Shown here: positions 36,537 to 45,589 of the stretch, piece after piece | Numbering within the stretch: the stretch's first letter is position 1 | Layout: every line of letters starts with the position of its first letter | From: Polyangia bacterium | Lineage (GTDB): Bacteria; Myxococcota_A; Polyangia; Palsa-1104; JAEUJZ01 | DNA length: 64,000 nucleotides | Direction of reading: 5' to 3' | Assembly (NCBI GenBank): GCA_044222245.1 | Contig: JBGANQ010000054.1 | Span: 813 to 64,812 of the forward strand | Made by a program: the position numbers and the translations under genes | Notes under the pieces: model-generated | The model's input: the letters and a program-made list of their open reading frames with translations, nothing else | Told to the model about the DNA's origin: nothing | Databases searched by the model: none

Positions 36537-38723
36537 CTACGGCCTGGGCTTGGGCCGGGTGAGCATGGACACCGTCTTGACCAGCTCGCTCACGTCCACC
36601 GGCTTGGCGATGTGCGCCTGGAAGCCCGCCTGCAGCGCCTCCTCGGTATCGGCGGTGCGCGCGAAGGCGGTGAGGGCGATCGCCGGGATGAGCTTCTGCC
36701 CCGGGCTCTTGGCCTCGCGAGCGCGCAGCGCCCGCACAAGCTGGTAGCCGTCGCCCTCGGGCATCGCGATGTCGCTGATGAGCACATCGGGCGTAAGCTG
36801 GCGCAGGATCTCCAGCGCCGACGCCCCCGAGCTCGCCGTGATGACCTCGGCCCCGTGCTGGGTCAGGGTGGGCCCGAGGAAGGCCAGCATGTCCGGCTGA
36901 TCATCGACAAGCAGGATCTGCACCCCGCGCAGCGTCGCCTTGAGCTCCGAGGGGACCGGCGGTCGCTCTTTGGGCGGCGCGGAGCTGCTGGGTGGCGCGC
37001 TGGCCCGCTGGTCGCGCGGCAGGTGCACGACGAAGGTGCTGCCGAGCCCCTCGCCGGGGCTCTGGGCCGACACCGAGCCGCCGTGCATCTGCACCAGGTG
37101 GTGCACGATCGCCAGCCCGAGGCCCAGGCCGCCGTGCCGCCGCGAGGTGGTGCCGTCGGCCTGCCGGAAGCGGTCAAAGACATAGGGCAGAAAGTCCGGC
37201 GCGATGCCCTGGCCGGTGTCGGAGATGGTGAGGACTACATGGTGCTGATCGCCGCCCACCCAGACCTCGATGGCGCCGCCGCGGGGGGTGAACTTGGTGG
37301 CGTTGGTAAGCAGGTTCCAGATGACCTGCTGCAGGCGCCCGGCGTCGCCCAGGACCATCTCGGTGCCGCCGAGGAAGGTGGCGCTCAGCTGCAGCCCCTT
37401 GGCCTCGGCGGCCGGGCGCACCGAGTCGATGGCGACGTTTACCACCGGGACCAGGTTGAGCGGCCGCAGCTCGAGCGTGATCTTGCCCGAGACGATGCGC
37501 GAGATGTCGAGGATCTCGTCGATCAGCTTGGCCTGCACGAGCGAGTTGCGCTCGATGACCTCCACTGCGCGCGGGATGATCTCGGGCTTGGGCGAGTCGC
37601 GTAGGAGCCGCGCCCAGCCGAGCACGGCGCTCAGCGGGGTGCGCAGCTCGTGCGATAGGGTGGCCAGGAAGATGTCCTTGGCCTGGTTGGCCGCCTGCGC
37701 CGCGTCGCGGGCCTGGCGCTCGCGCACTAGCAGCTCGGCCTGGGCGCGCTCGGCGCGCTTGCGGTCCATGATGTCGGTCAGGCTGACCACGCAGCCGATG
37801 ATGCGGTTGTCGGCGGCGCGAATCGGCCCGGCGCTGAGCAGCATGTGCAGGGGGCTGCGGCCGCCGTGCAGCTGGAAGATCACCTCGCGCCCGGTGTACC
37901 TTTTGCCCTGCAGGAAATCCTCTACCGTCAGGCGGCTGCCGGTGGCCGGCTCGCGGTCGGCCAGCGTCGACTCGGCCGGCGCCAGATACAGCTGGAACCG
38001 CTCGTCAAACGCCGAGAGCAGCAGGTTGCCCTCGCACAGCGACTGCGCGCACTGGCTGGCGCGGGTGATAAGTCCCGCCTCATTGCAGACAAAGATCGCC
38101 TCGGCTGCCTGATCGAGGATCGAGATCGCCAGGCGCTGCGACTCAAGGACCGCCTGACTGTGCTTCTGCTCGCGCAGATCGGTGACGATCAAGCACGCGC
38201 AGTCCAGGCCATCGACGTTGAGCGGGCTGAAAGACAGAAAGACCGGCAGCACCATGCCTTCGACGACCAGCTGCACCTCGCCCTTGCTGCCCACGCGCAT
38301 CCCGTGCTCGAGCAGCGCCGCGCACAGGGCGCGATCGGCGGGCTGGACAAAGGCTCGCATCTCCAGCCCGATCACCTGCGCCGCCGGCAGACCCACAAGG
38401 CGGGTGAACGCCGGGTTGGCGTACAGGATTCGTCCCTCCGCGCTCAGCGTCACCGCCCCTTCGCTCATCGCCTCGACCAGGACCGCGTAGGGGTGCTCGG
38501 CGCCACTCAGCATGTGGATGCGCGGACCGTGGCGGCTGCTCACCGCCAGAGCATCGATCTCGCCCTCGCGGATCGCCCGCAACAGATCTTCGGCGTCCTG
38601 GAGCCGCGCCCGCATGGAGAGCACTTCCTGCGCCGACAGGTCGATGGACTCAGCGCTCTCGGCAGGCTCGTGCCCAGCCGAGAGCGCCGCTAGCTCGGCT
38701 TCTGATTTACTGGCGGGAGTCAT
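36537..38723 (-). CDS. PAS-PAS hybrid sensor histidine kinase with a C-terminal receiver
   Basis: H-box LATLSHELRTPLSAVLGW, an N/G-box HATPase (NLLTNATKFT...ISDTGQGI...GGLGLGLAIV), and a REC domain (ILLVDDQPDM...VLISDIAMPEGDGY...ALTA). Confidence 0.9.
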   Translation of the reverse strand: MTPASKSEAELAALSAGHEPAESAESIDLSAQEVLSMRARLQDAEDLLRAIREGEIDALAVSSRHGPRIHMLSGAEHPYAVLVEAMSEGAVTLSAEGRILYANPAFTRLVGLPAAQVIGLEMRAFVQPADRALCAALLEHGMRVGSKGEVQLVVEGMVLPVFLSFSPLNVDGLDCACLIVTDLREQKHSQAVLESQRLAISILDQAAEAIFVCNEAGLITRASQCAQSLCEGNLLLSAFDERFQLYLAPAESTLADREPATGSRLTVEDFLQGKRYTGREVIFQLHGGRSPLHMLLSAGPIRAADNRIIGCVVSLTDIMDRKRAERAQAELLVRERQARDAAQAANQAKDIFLATLSHELRTPLSAVLGWARLLRDSPKPEIIPRAVEVIERNSLVQAKLIDEILDISRIVSGKITLELRPLNLVPVVNVAIDSVRPAAEAKGLQLSATFLGGTEMVLGDAGRLQQVIWNLLTNATKFTPRGGAIEVWVGGDQHHVVLTISDTGQGIAPDFLPYVFDRFRQADGTTSRRHGGLGLGLAIVHHLVQMHGGSVSAQSPGEGLGSTFVVHLPRDQRASAPPSSSAPPKERPPVPSELKATLRGVQILLVDDQPDMLAFLGPTLTQHGAEVITASSGASALEILRQLTPDVLISDIAMPEGDGYQLVRALRAREAKSPGQKLIPAIALTAFARTADTEEALQAGFQAHIAKPVDVSELVKTVSMLTRPKPRP

Positions 38724-38772
38724 GGGTTTTCCCTGTCTCGGACTTCTCTGGGCCCTTAGGAGCTAGGCAGCG

Positions 38773-39255
38773 TTATTTCACCAGATGAACCCCGCAGACA
38801 TCGAGCCCGACCAGCACCCGCTCGGTATTGGACAGATCGCCGATGATCTTCTTGATGGGCGAGGGCAGCTTGCGCACCAGGGTGGGAATCGCCACGATCT
38901 GGTCGGTCGCCGCCAGCTGCGGCTTTTGAATCAGATCGATGATCTCAAGCTCGATGGTGTACTTGGTCGCCAGGTGCTCATCGCAGAGCTTCTTCAGGTT
39001 GGCCAGCGCGGCCAGGCTGCGCGGAGTCTGGCCGGCGATGTACAGGCGCAGGGTGACCGCCTCCTTGGGCGCCGCCGCGGCCCCCGCGGACGGCGCCGCG
39101 GGCCCGTCGTCCACCGGCGGCCGGGGAGGGCTGGACTTGGTCGCCGCGGTGCGGGCGCTGCTCGGCCCCTTGACGGCCGCCATCTTATCCGACTTCTTGG
39201 CTGCAGTCTTATCTGCAGCCTTGTCGTTCTTCTTGTCGGTAGTCAAAGATTTCAT
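38773..39255 (-). CDS. kaiB: KaiB with a ~65-aa Lys/Ala/Pro-rich N-terminal extension
   Basis: The core [27 protein letters not shown]...[47 protein letters not shown] is very close to cyanobacterial KaiB. Its ATG overlaps the kaiC stop (ATGA). Confidence 0.9.
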   Translation of the reverse strand: MKSLTTDKKNDKAADKTAAKKSDKMAAVKGPSSARTAATKSSPPRPPVDDGPAAPSAGAAAAPKEAVTLRLYIAGQTPRSLAALANLKKLCDEHLATKYTIELEIIDLIQKPQLAATDQIVAIPTLVRKLPSPIKKIIGDLSNTERVLVGLDVCGVHLVK

Positions 39256-41027
39256 GATGCCCGCCTATTCTTCTTGTTCGGGCCTACAGGCGGGGCCTTG
39301 GGCTCATCCCCGATGCTCTCCCGCAGCCGGGCCATTTGCTGGCGCATGGTCTCCTGGGTCTTCTGCGTCTGCTCCGCCTGGGCGAGGAGCTGGGCGGCGC
39401 GGGCCGCCTCGGCCTCATACTCGGCGCGCAGCAGGTCGATCTGATTTTCCAGCGCCTTGCGCCGCTGGCCGAGCGCCGCCTGCTGCCGCTCGATCTCGTA
39501 CTGCTGGGCAAGCGCCTGCGCCCGCTCCTTGGCCTCCTGGGCGATGCGGGCCGAGCCCATGAGCACTCCCTCGCTGCCCAGGTAGGCGTCGATCAGCTCG
39601 ACCCCGCGCTTGGTGATGCGGAACTCGCGGATCTGGTGACTGTGGTCCATGCCGCGGGATTTCAAGATGTACAGGCCGCGATTGCGCTCGCCGTTGGACT
39701 CCAGGTTGCGCAGCAAGATCCAGGTGTCCATGAGCGATGAGGTGCCGACGTCAGTCGAGGCCTCGGCCTGATCGCCGGAGGTGAGGCTGAGAAACAGACT
39801 GGTGATAAGCTCCCCTTTGAGGAAATCGAGCAGCCGGGTGAGGGCCGCCTTGGTCTCGACCATGCTCCCCACTTCCGAGAGGTTGGTGATCGGATCGACG
39901 ATGACGGCGGTGGGCTTGTAGTCGGTGATCTGCTTGTGGATGAGCGCCAGGTGCATCTCCAGCCCGTACATCGTCGGGCGGCTGGCGACGATGCGCAGCA
40001 GATCCTTATCAATCCACTTCTGCAGATCGAGCCCGATCGAGCGCATGTTGCGCACGATCTGCGCCGGCGACTCCTCAAACGCAAAGTAGATGCAGCGCTC
40101 GCCGCGCTGGCAGCAGGCGTCGGCGAACAGCGCCGCCAGGCTGCTCTTGCCGCTGCCGGCGGTGCCCGAGATCAGCACGCTGCTGCCGCGGTAGAAGCCG
40201 CCCTGTCCGAGCATCGAGTCGAGCCGCGCCACGCCGGTCGCGATCCGCTCGCTCGAGGCCCGGTGGTTCAGCGACATCGAGGTAATGGGAAGCACCGAGA
40301 AGCCGGTGTCGCTGATGAGGAACGGATACTCATTGGTGCCGTGGCGGGTGCCGCGGTACTTGACGACTCGCAGGCGCCGCGTCGAGATCTGATCGACGAT
40401 CCGGTGATCGAGCAGAATCACGCAGTCCGAGACATACTCTTCCAGGCCGTGCCGGGTCAGGCTGCCGGCGCCGCGCTCGGCGGTGATGAGCGCCGTGAGG
40501 TGGCGGCTCTTGAGCCAGCCGAACAGCCGGCGCAGCTCGGCGCGGATGGTCGCCTCTGCGGTCAGGCTGGCAAACAGGACCTCCAGGGTATCCAGGACGA
40601 CGCGCTTGGCGCCGATGCTCGACACCGCCGCGTCCAGGCGGATGAACAGTCCCTCCAGATCGTAGTCGCCGGCCTCCTCAAACTCGTTCGGATCCAGGTG
40701 GATGTATTCGACAACGAGGCGCTTCTGCGCAATCAGCGTATCAAGGTCAAAGCCGAGCGAGGCGGCGTTGGCCTTGAGATCATCGGCGGTCTCTTCAAAG
40801 GCGATGAACACGCCAGGCTCGCCGTATTCCATCGCTCCGCGCACCAGAAACTCCATTGAAAACAGAGTCTTGCCGCAGCCGGCGGAGCCGCACACCAGCG
40901 TCGGACGGCCGGCCGGCAGTCCGCCGCCCGTGATCTCATCGAGGCCAGTTACACCCGTTGCCGCCTTGGGGAGAGGAGGGAGCGAATGCGGTCCTTTAGG
41001 CCGCGCCGAAATAGCGGTTTTTCTCAC
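39252..41027 (-). CDS. kaiC: KaiC (double RecA-like ATPase) with a ~70-aa C-terminal coiled-coil extension
   Basis: [14 protein letters not shown], Walker A in both halves (GSAGCGKT and GTAGSGKS), the phospho-site region [12 protein letters not shown], and the tail [56 protein letters not shown]. Confidence 0.9.
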   Translation of the reverse strand: MRKTAISARPKGPHSLPPLPKAATGVTGLDEITGGGLPAGRPTLVCGSAGCGKTLFSMEFLVRGAMEYGEPGVFIAFEETADDLKANAASLGFDLDTLIAQKRLVVEYIHLDPNEFEEAGDYDLEGLFIRLDAAVSSIGAKRVVLDTLEVLFASLTAEATIRAELRRLFGWLKSRHLTALITAERGAGSLTRHGLEEYVSDCVILLDHRIVDQISTRRLRVVKYRGTRHGTNEYPFLISDTGFSVLPITSMSLNHRASSERIATGVARLDSMLGQGGFYRGSSVLISGTAGSGKSSLAALFADACCQRGERCIYFAFEESPAQIVRNMRSIGLDLQKWIDKDLLRIVASRPTMYGLEMHLALIHKQITDYKPTAVIVDPITNLSEVGSMVETKAALTRLLDFLKGELITSLFLSLTSGDQAEASTDVGTSSLMDTWILLRNLESNGERNRGLYILKSRGMDHSHQIREFRITKRGVELIDAYLGSEGVLMGSARIAQEAKERAQALAQQYEIERQQAALGQRRKALENQIDLLRAEYEAEAARAAQLLAQAEQTQKTQETMRQQMARLRESIGDEPKAPPVGPNKKNRRAS

Positions 41028-41177
41028 AAATTCTCCTCAAGGTCGTCAGGCCATCCAGCGACGCTGGAGTGTAGGGCAACGTCAGTCGAACACACCTATC
41101 GAACCATAATAGCAACATCTACGGCATAAACAACCTCCGTGAGACGTAAAAAGCAGCCTCGCAGGGCTTTCTGTTCC

Positions 41178-41276
41178 GGTCTGGCCGGTCTGGCCGGTCT
41201 GGCTGGTCTGGCCGGTCTGGCTGGTCTGGCCGGTCTGGCCGGTCTGGCCGGTCTGGCCGGTCTGGCCGGTCTGGCT
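41178..41276. repeat. Eleven tandem 9-bp units (GGTCTGGCC, three GGTCTGGCT variants)
   Basis: Counted directly. The array lies 151-249 bp upstream of the kaiC start codon. Confidence 0.9.
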
Positions 41277-41533
41277 CAACTTGGTTCCTCGGCTCGTAGT
41301 GGCCCTAGGGTAAATACTAGCTCAACTCGCAAAGCTGCTCCCTAAAAGAGGCTCCCGCGGCGCCCGGCATTCCCTGCGGGCGGACTCCCAAGCATCTTGA
41401 GGGCTTGAGTGCTTGGGATGTTCAGAGCTTCAAGCTCTGGGGTCTTTGGGAGCGGCCAGGCGACTCGTTTTTTTCTCGACTGCCCGCCGGCGGCCACACA
41501 AAGCTGCGCGGGAAGATTTGTCTTTCTAGATAG

Positions 41534-41560
41534 TGGAAACCACTTGTATAATCGTCGCGC
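41534..41560 (+). promoter_or_regulatory. Putative promoter/operator of the excisionase-like gene (near-leaderless)
   Basis: TATAAT is at 41547-52 with TG immediately upstream. The ATG at 41561 is only 8 nt downstream. The palindrome GTGGAAACCAC (41534-44) sits in the spacer. Confidence 0.35.
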
Positions 41561-41983
41561 ATGGCTCTAAAAAAAGTCATCTCGGACGACACCAGAGTGA
41601 TCGATCTGACTGTCGGCGAGCTCGTGGCGCTGCTTGCGGCGCGGCTGCCTGCCGAGCCTCCCCCGGGCGCCGCGCCGGCCGACTGTCCCGAGGCGCTGCT
41701 CGACACCTGGCAGACCGCGCGCATGCTCGGCATTCACCCGCGCCGCGAGCTTGGGCCCGAGCCACCCGCGGGCACGGCCGAGCATCGACAGTGGCGGCAG
41801 CAGGAGCAGGCGCTGCGCAACGAGGTGGCCCGCCGGCTACAGAGCTGGATGGAGCGGCATCCCCAGGTCGCGCAGCTGGCGATCCGTATGAAGGGCGAGC
41901 GGCGCCGCTACTTCCGGCGGCAGGACATCGCTGCCTACCTCGACCGCGCGATCGCCACCCCGGCCCGCCGCCGCTTCTGCTGA
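41561..41983 (+). CDS. Excisionase/MerR-type HTH-like protein (tentative)
   Basis: LLDTWQTARMLGIHP...RRYFRRQDIAAYLDR resembles excisionase-family DNA-binding domains. It lies near the integrase inside IE-2. Confidence 0.5.
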   Translation: MALKKVISDDTRVIDLTVGELVALLAARLPAEPPPGAAPADCPEALLDTWQTARMLGIHPRRELGPEPPAGTAEHRQWRQQEQALRNEVARRLQSWMERHPQVAQLAIRMKGERRRYFRRQDIAAYLDRAIATPARRRFC

Positions 41984-42039
41984 CCCCGGGCCGGGACGCC
42001 CTGCCGCCAGCTCGCCGCGGGCCCCGAGGCTGCCCGCGC

Positions 42040-43146
42040 TCAGAGCGACAGCCGGTCCATCTCTTCACCGAGAAAATCCGGTGCCAGGTGGGCATACAGC
42101 AGCGTCATCTTGATGTCGGCGTGGCCGAGGATCTTCTGCAAGGTCAGGATGTTCCCTCCCGCCATGACGAAGTGGGAAGCGAAGGTGTGACGCAGCGCGT
42201 GCCACGGGCGGCGCAGCGTGGAGATTCCGAGCTCCGCCAGCAGCTCGGGAAGGCCGAGCATGTCCACCTTGCGGCCAAGGCGCGGGCCGCCGCGACCGGC
42301 CACCGGGAATACCAGCCCCTCCGGGGTCTTTGGGCACAGCTCGCGCCAGGTCTGCAGCAAGGGACACAGCTGGGAAGGAATCCGCAGGTGGCGGCAGTGT
42401 CCGGACTTGGGAGTGGTCCGGTAGGAGCGCGCTACATCGAGGCGCCGGGTCTGCAGATCCAGATCCTGCCAGCGCAGGCCGAGCAGCTCGCCCTTGCGCA
42501 GTCCGGTGCGCACGGTGGTCGCGATCGCGCCGAAGAGCAGCCAGTCGGCGTGCCGCTGCCGGGTGCGGGCGCGCTCCTCGGCGGCGGCGAGCAGGCAGCG
42601 CAGGTCGTCGCGGCCAAGAAACTCCAGCAGGCTCTCGCGCGCCGGGCGCTCGACGCCCAGGCAGGGGTTGGGGCAGCTGATCAGGCCCTCCCGGCGCGCC
42701 CACGAGTACGCGGTGGACAGCGGGCGCAGCGTCGACATCACCGTGTTGGGCTTATAGGTCTCGGCCAGCCGGTCGCGCAGCCGGCGAACGTCGCTGGCCG
42801 CCACGGCGCTGCACAGCCGCTCGCCGAGCTGCGGCAGGATGCGGCGCAGCGCCGACCGCTGCTCGCTGCGATACCGGCCGAGATCCTTGATGCGCGGCCG
42901 CGAGTAGCCGCTCACATAGAGCTCGCACAGCTGGGCGACCGACAGCTCGCGCGGCGGCGGCGCGGCGGCGGGCAGGCCGCACTGGCCGCGCGCCACCCGC
43001 GCCTCGATGTCGACCAGCAAGCGCCGCGCCAGCGCCTTGGTCGGCTGGTGGCTGGCGCGCTGCTTGCGCCGGCCATCGCTGTCGATGTAGCGGACGTACC
43101 AGCCGACAAACTTGCCGTTTTTCTCCTTGCGGACAAGGTCACCCAT
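42040..43146 (-). CDS. Tyrosine recombinase/integrase (IE-2)
   Basis: MGDLVRKEKNGKFVGWYVRY..., VRTGLRKGELLGLRW, WHALRHTFASH and LGHADIKMTLLYAHL. The ATG at 43144-46 is chosen inside the 466-aa track ORF. Paralogue of 31892-33001. Confidence 0.9.
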   Translation of the reverse strand: MGDLVRKEKNGKFVGWYVRYIDSDGRRKQRASHQPTKALARRLLVDIEARVARGQCGLPAAAPPPRELSVAQLCELYVSGYSRPRIKDLGRYRSEQRSALRRILPQLGERLCSAVAASDVRRLRDRLAETYKPNTVMSTLRPLSTAYSWARREGLISCPNPCLGVERPARESLLEFLGRDDLRCLLAAAEERARTRQRHADWLLFGAIATTVRTGLRKGELLGLRWQDLDLQTRRLDVARSYRTTPKSGHCRHLRIPSQLCPLLQTWRELCPKTPEGLVFPVAGRGGPRLGRKVDMLGLPELLAELGISTLRRPWHALRHTFASHFVMAGGNILTLQKILGHADIKMTLLYAHLAPDFLGEEMDRLSL

Positions 43147-43293
43147 GGGTCTGCGCTGTCCCTTCGCGCGGGGTCCGTCCGTGGTCCATGCGGACCTGGG
43201 TGACCTCGCTGGTTCGGTGTAGATAAGGCCCGCCCGGGCCAGCCGGGGAGGGGAGATCGGTGGGGATCCATCTGCACGGATCTGCCCGGCCGC

Positions 43294-43312
43294 ACCACTG
43301 CTCGACATTGGA
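43294..43312. repeat. Direct repeat (att core) of IE-2, right copy
   Basis: ACCACTGCTCGACaTTGGA; see 36392-36410. Confidence 0.8.
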
Positions 43313-44161
43313 CAGATACAGCGTGCGCACCTGGTGGCCGGTGCGGCGGGCGGCGGCGCCAATGGCGATGAGCGTGGTCTCGCCGTGCAGGTCGCCCACC
43401 CGGGCAAAGACCCGGCGGGCCTGCATGAGGGCGCGCACATGCTTGTACAGCTCGGGGTCGGCGACCCAGGTGACCGGGCGGCCGTGCTGGCGCACCTCGC
43501 GCTCGCCGCGCAGGTGGCTGGCGAGCAGACCGCGGTAGCGCAGGAACGTCGGCCACAGGCGCTTGGCCTCGGCCTCCGGCCAGCGCGCCGCCAGCGCCGC
43601 CTTGATCTGGGCGTCCTTGCCCGCGGCGAGCAGCGCGATGAGGTCGGCCGGCGTCTCGGCCTGCGGGATCAGCGCCGCGTAGATCCGGTGCCACTGCACG
43701 ACATCGCCGTCGATGTCGATGAGCCACAGGAGCTCGGCGCCGGCCACCGCGGCCAGGGTGTAGTTCTGGTCGGCGCCGACCCCGACGTAGCCGCCGCCGA
43801 GGTGGCGCAGCGCCGAGAACAGGACATCGTGCCGGCGCTCGTTCGAGCGCAGGAAGTGGATGCGTACGTTGTAGGGCTTCTCCTCGGGCAGCGACTCGAA
43901 GCCCTGCACCACCTCCTGGCCGAGCGGAGGGAGCGACGCCTGCGCTTCGGCGCGGCGGTCGGCGAGCAGCAGCAAGGCGAGCAGCACCCCGAGCGCCGCC
44001 AGCCGCCCCTTGCCGCGGTGCCTGCCGAGCCCAGGGCAGGCAGGGACCCGCGGCGCCCCCCGGCCCGCGCAGCGCGGCGCGGCTTCCCAGCGGGCCCCGG
44101 GTACACCCGCCGGCGAGCGGCTTCCCGCTGTCCCCGGCGCAGGCTGTGTGGGGAGACCCAT
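43294..44161 (-). pseudogene. 5' fragment of the gene split by IE-2
   Basis: The sequence reads well up to ...HQVRTLYLSNVEQW. Downstream of the repeat the track ORF (to 43139) becomes CGRADPCRWIPTDLPSPAGP..., which is element sequence read in frame. Confidence 0.75.
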
Positions 44162-44289
44162 CTTCGCAATAGGCTGCTCGTTAGTTTGAATAAATTCTGT
44201 ATCTTTAGTTACATATACAGATTAATTGGCCTGTTTACCCGGCCGTGCGGTATAGGCGTGCCGTGGACCCCTCGGCGAGCAAGCTGATC

Positions 44290-45528
44290 ATGACCCGCTC
44301 GGTGGACGCCCGCTACATAGATCCGCTGGACCACATCTGGCTGACCGCGGCCGCCGAGCTCGGGCTGCAGGTGCGGCGCTCGCCGCTCGGCTACGCGACC
44401 ACCGATGGCCGCGGCGGGCTGTCGATCGCCCCCGCGCCCGACCTGGATGCCGACGACTGCCTGGCCCAGATCATCCTGCACGAGATCTGCCACGCGCTCG
44501 TCCAGGGCGAGGACAGCTTCGGCCGGCCCGACTGGGGGCTGGCCAACGATGCGCAGAGCGTGCAGTACCAGGGCGATACGGTGCGCGAGCAGGCCTGCCT
44601 GCGCGTGCAGGCGGCGCTGCTGCGGCGCTACGGGCTGCGCCGGCTGCTCGGGCCGACGACCGATTTTCGCCGGTTCTACGACGCGCTGCCGCGCGATCCG
44701 CTGGCCGCGCTGCCCGCGGCGACGCTCGCCGAGCTGACCGGGGCGGCGCCGCGCAGCGGCGTCCCGGCCGACCCGGCCAGCGCGGCGGCAGCGACCCGAG
44801 CGGCGGCCGCTCCCGACCCGGCGCTCGCCCTGGCCGCTGAGGGGCTTGGCCGCGCCGCCCGGCCGCCGTTTTGCAAGCCGCTGCACCAGGCCCTGCGCGC
44901 CACCGCCGAGGTGCACCGGGCCCTGCCCCGGGAGCCGGCGCCGAGCTACGACGCTACCGCCGCCCTGGCGCCGCCCGACGCCGCATCCCCGCCGCTGCCA
45001 CCGCTGCCCGCGCTGTGGCAGCAGGCCCCGGCTCCCGGCCGTCACAAGAGCGGCCTGCCCATGTCCGATGGCATCTTTGCCGCTCCCCCCGGCGCGACCT
45101 GCCAGAGCTGCGCCTACGCCGCGCCGCCGCGCGGTGGCCGCCGGGCCGGTACCTGGCGCTGTCAGCGCACGGCTTCAGACGATGTAGCGGGGCTGGTCAT
45201 CGATCCGCGAGCGGCCGCCTGCGCGCTGCACCAGCCGAGCCTGGACTGCCAGGACTGCGGCGCCTGCTGCCGCCATGCCTACGACCTTGTGCCCCTGGTC
45301 CGCACCGAGCCGGTGGTGCTGCGCTACCCGGCGCTCATCGACCGCCGCGGCAAGCAGCTGTCGATCCGCCGCGATGTCGAGCAGCGGCGCTGCGCCGCCC
45401 TGGCCGGCCCGCCCCTTGGTCCCTACAGCTGCTCGATCTACGACAGCCGTCCTGCGACCTGCAGAGATTTCGCCGCCGGCAGCGTGAGCTGCCTGGAGGC
45501 CCGCCGGCGCGTCGGCTGGGAAGCCTGA
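44290..45528 (+). CDS. Hypothetical protein with an HExxH motif and a C-terminal YkgJ-type (CxxCxxCC) Zn/Fe-S domain
   Basis: IILHEICHALV, and a C-terminal LDCQDCGACCRHAYD...CSIYDSRPATCRDF. The ATG at 44290 is preferred over the GTG at 44245. Confidence 0.7.
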   Translation: MTRSVDARYIDPLDHIWLTAAAELGLQVRRSPLGYATTDGRGGLSIAPAPDLDADDCLAQIILHEICHALVQGEDSFGRPDWGLANDAQSVQYQGDTVREQACLRVQAALLRRYGLRRLLGPTTDFRRFYDALPRDPLAALPAATLAELTGAAPRSGVPADPASAAAATRAAAAPDPALALAAEGLGRAARPPFCKPLHQALRATAEVHRALPREPAPSYDATAALAPPDAASPPLPPLPALWQQAPAPGRHKSGLPMSDGIFAAPPGATCQSCAYAAPPRGGRRAGTWRCQRTASDDVAGLVIDPRAAACALHQPSLDCQDCGACCRHAYDLVPLVRTEPVVLRYPALIDRRGKQLSIRRDVEQRRCAALAGPPLGPYSCSIYDSRPATCRDFAAGSVSCLEARRRVGWEA

Positions 45529-45589
45529 GCCGCCGGTGCGAGCCGCCGGCGCGGGCGCTGCGGTTGCGCACAGCCGGGAGCGATCGAAT

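Larger units (their letters stand above)
36392..43312 (-). mobile_element. IE-2: ~6.9-kb integrase element carrying kaiC-kaiB-hybrid HK and an excisionase-like gene
   Basis: It has 18/19 direct repeats at both ends. The integrase gene starts 148 bp inside the right repeat. The two flanks (44161->43294 and 36410->35550) join into one continuous minus-strand ORF across the repeat (...RTLYLSNVEQW|FRYSPQF...). Confidence 0.8.

Noticed and set aside
36410-36539. Read-through fusion of the histidine kinase with the LPPLR protein (same frame, only one TAG between)
   Set aside because: The att repeat and the matching 5' half at 43294-44161 explain the open frame. A 42-codon open stretch is expected by chance at this GC content.
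36111-37604. 497-aa plus-strand ORF
   Set aside because: It is antisense to the hybrid histidine kinase and to the LPPLR gene fragment.
34519-41276. CRISPR array (tandem repeats at 34519-85 and 41178-276)
   Set aside because: The repeats are contiguous, with no spacers, and are only 9-12 bp long. No cas genes are present.
41082-41279. 65-aa ORF encoding (QTG)n, and the plus-strand (GLA)n ORF at 41139-41345
   Set aside because: Both are created by the 9-bp tandem array. There is no ribosome-binding context and the remainder looks non-coding. It is kept only as a DNA repeat.
31892-43146. Single composite element bounded by the two inverted integrase genes
   Set aside because: Each integrase has its own pair of direct repeats (31714/34632 and 36392/43294). 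The DNA between the two elements (34649-36391) is the continuation of the interrupted host genes.
41533-43203. 556-aa plus-strand ORF
   Set aside because: It is antisense to the IE-2 integrase and overlaps the Xis-like gene in another frame. Composition is low-complexity.
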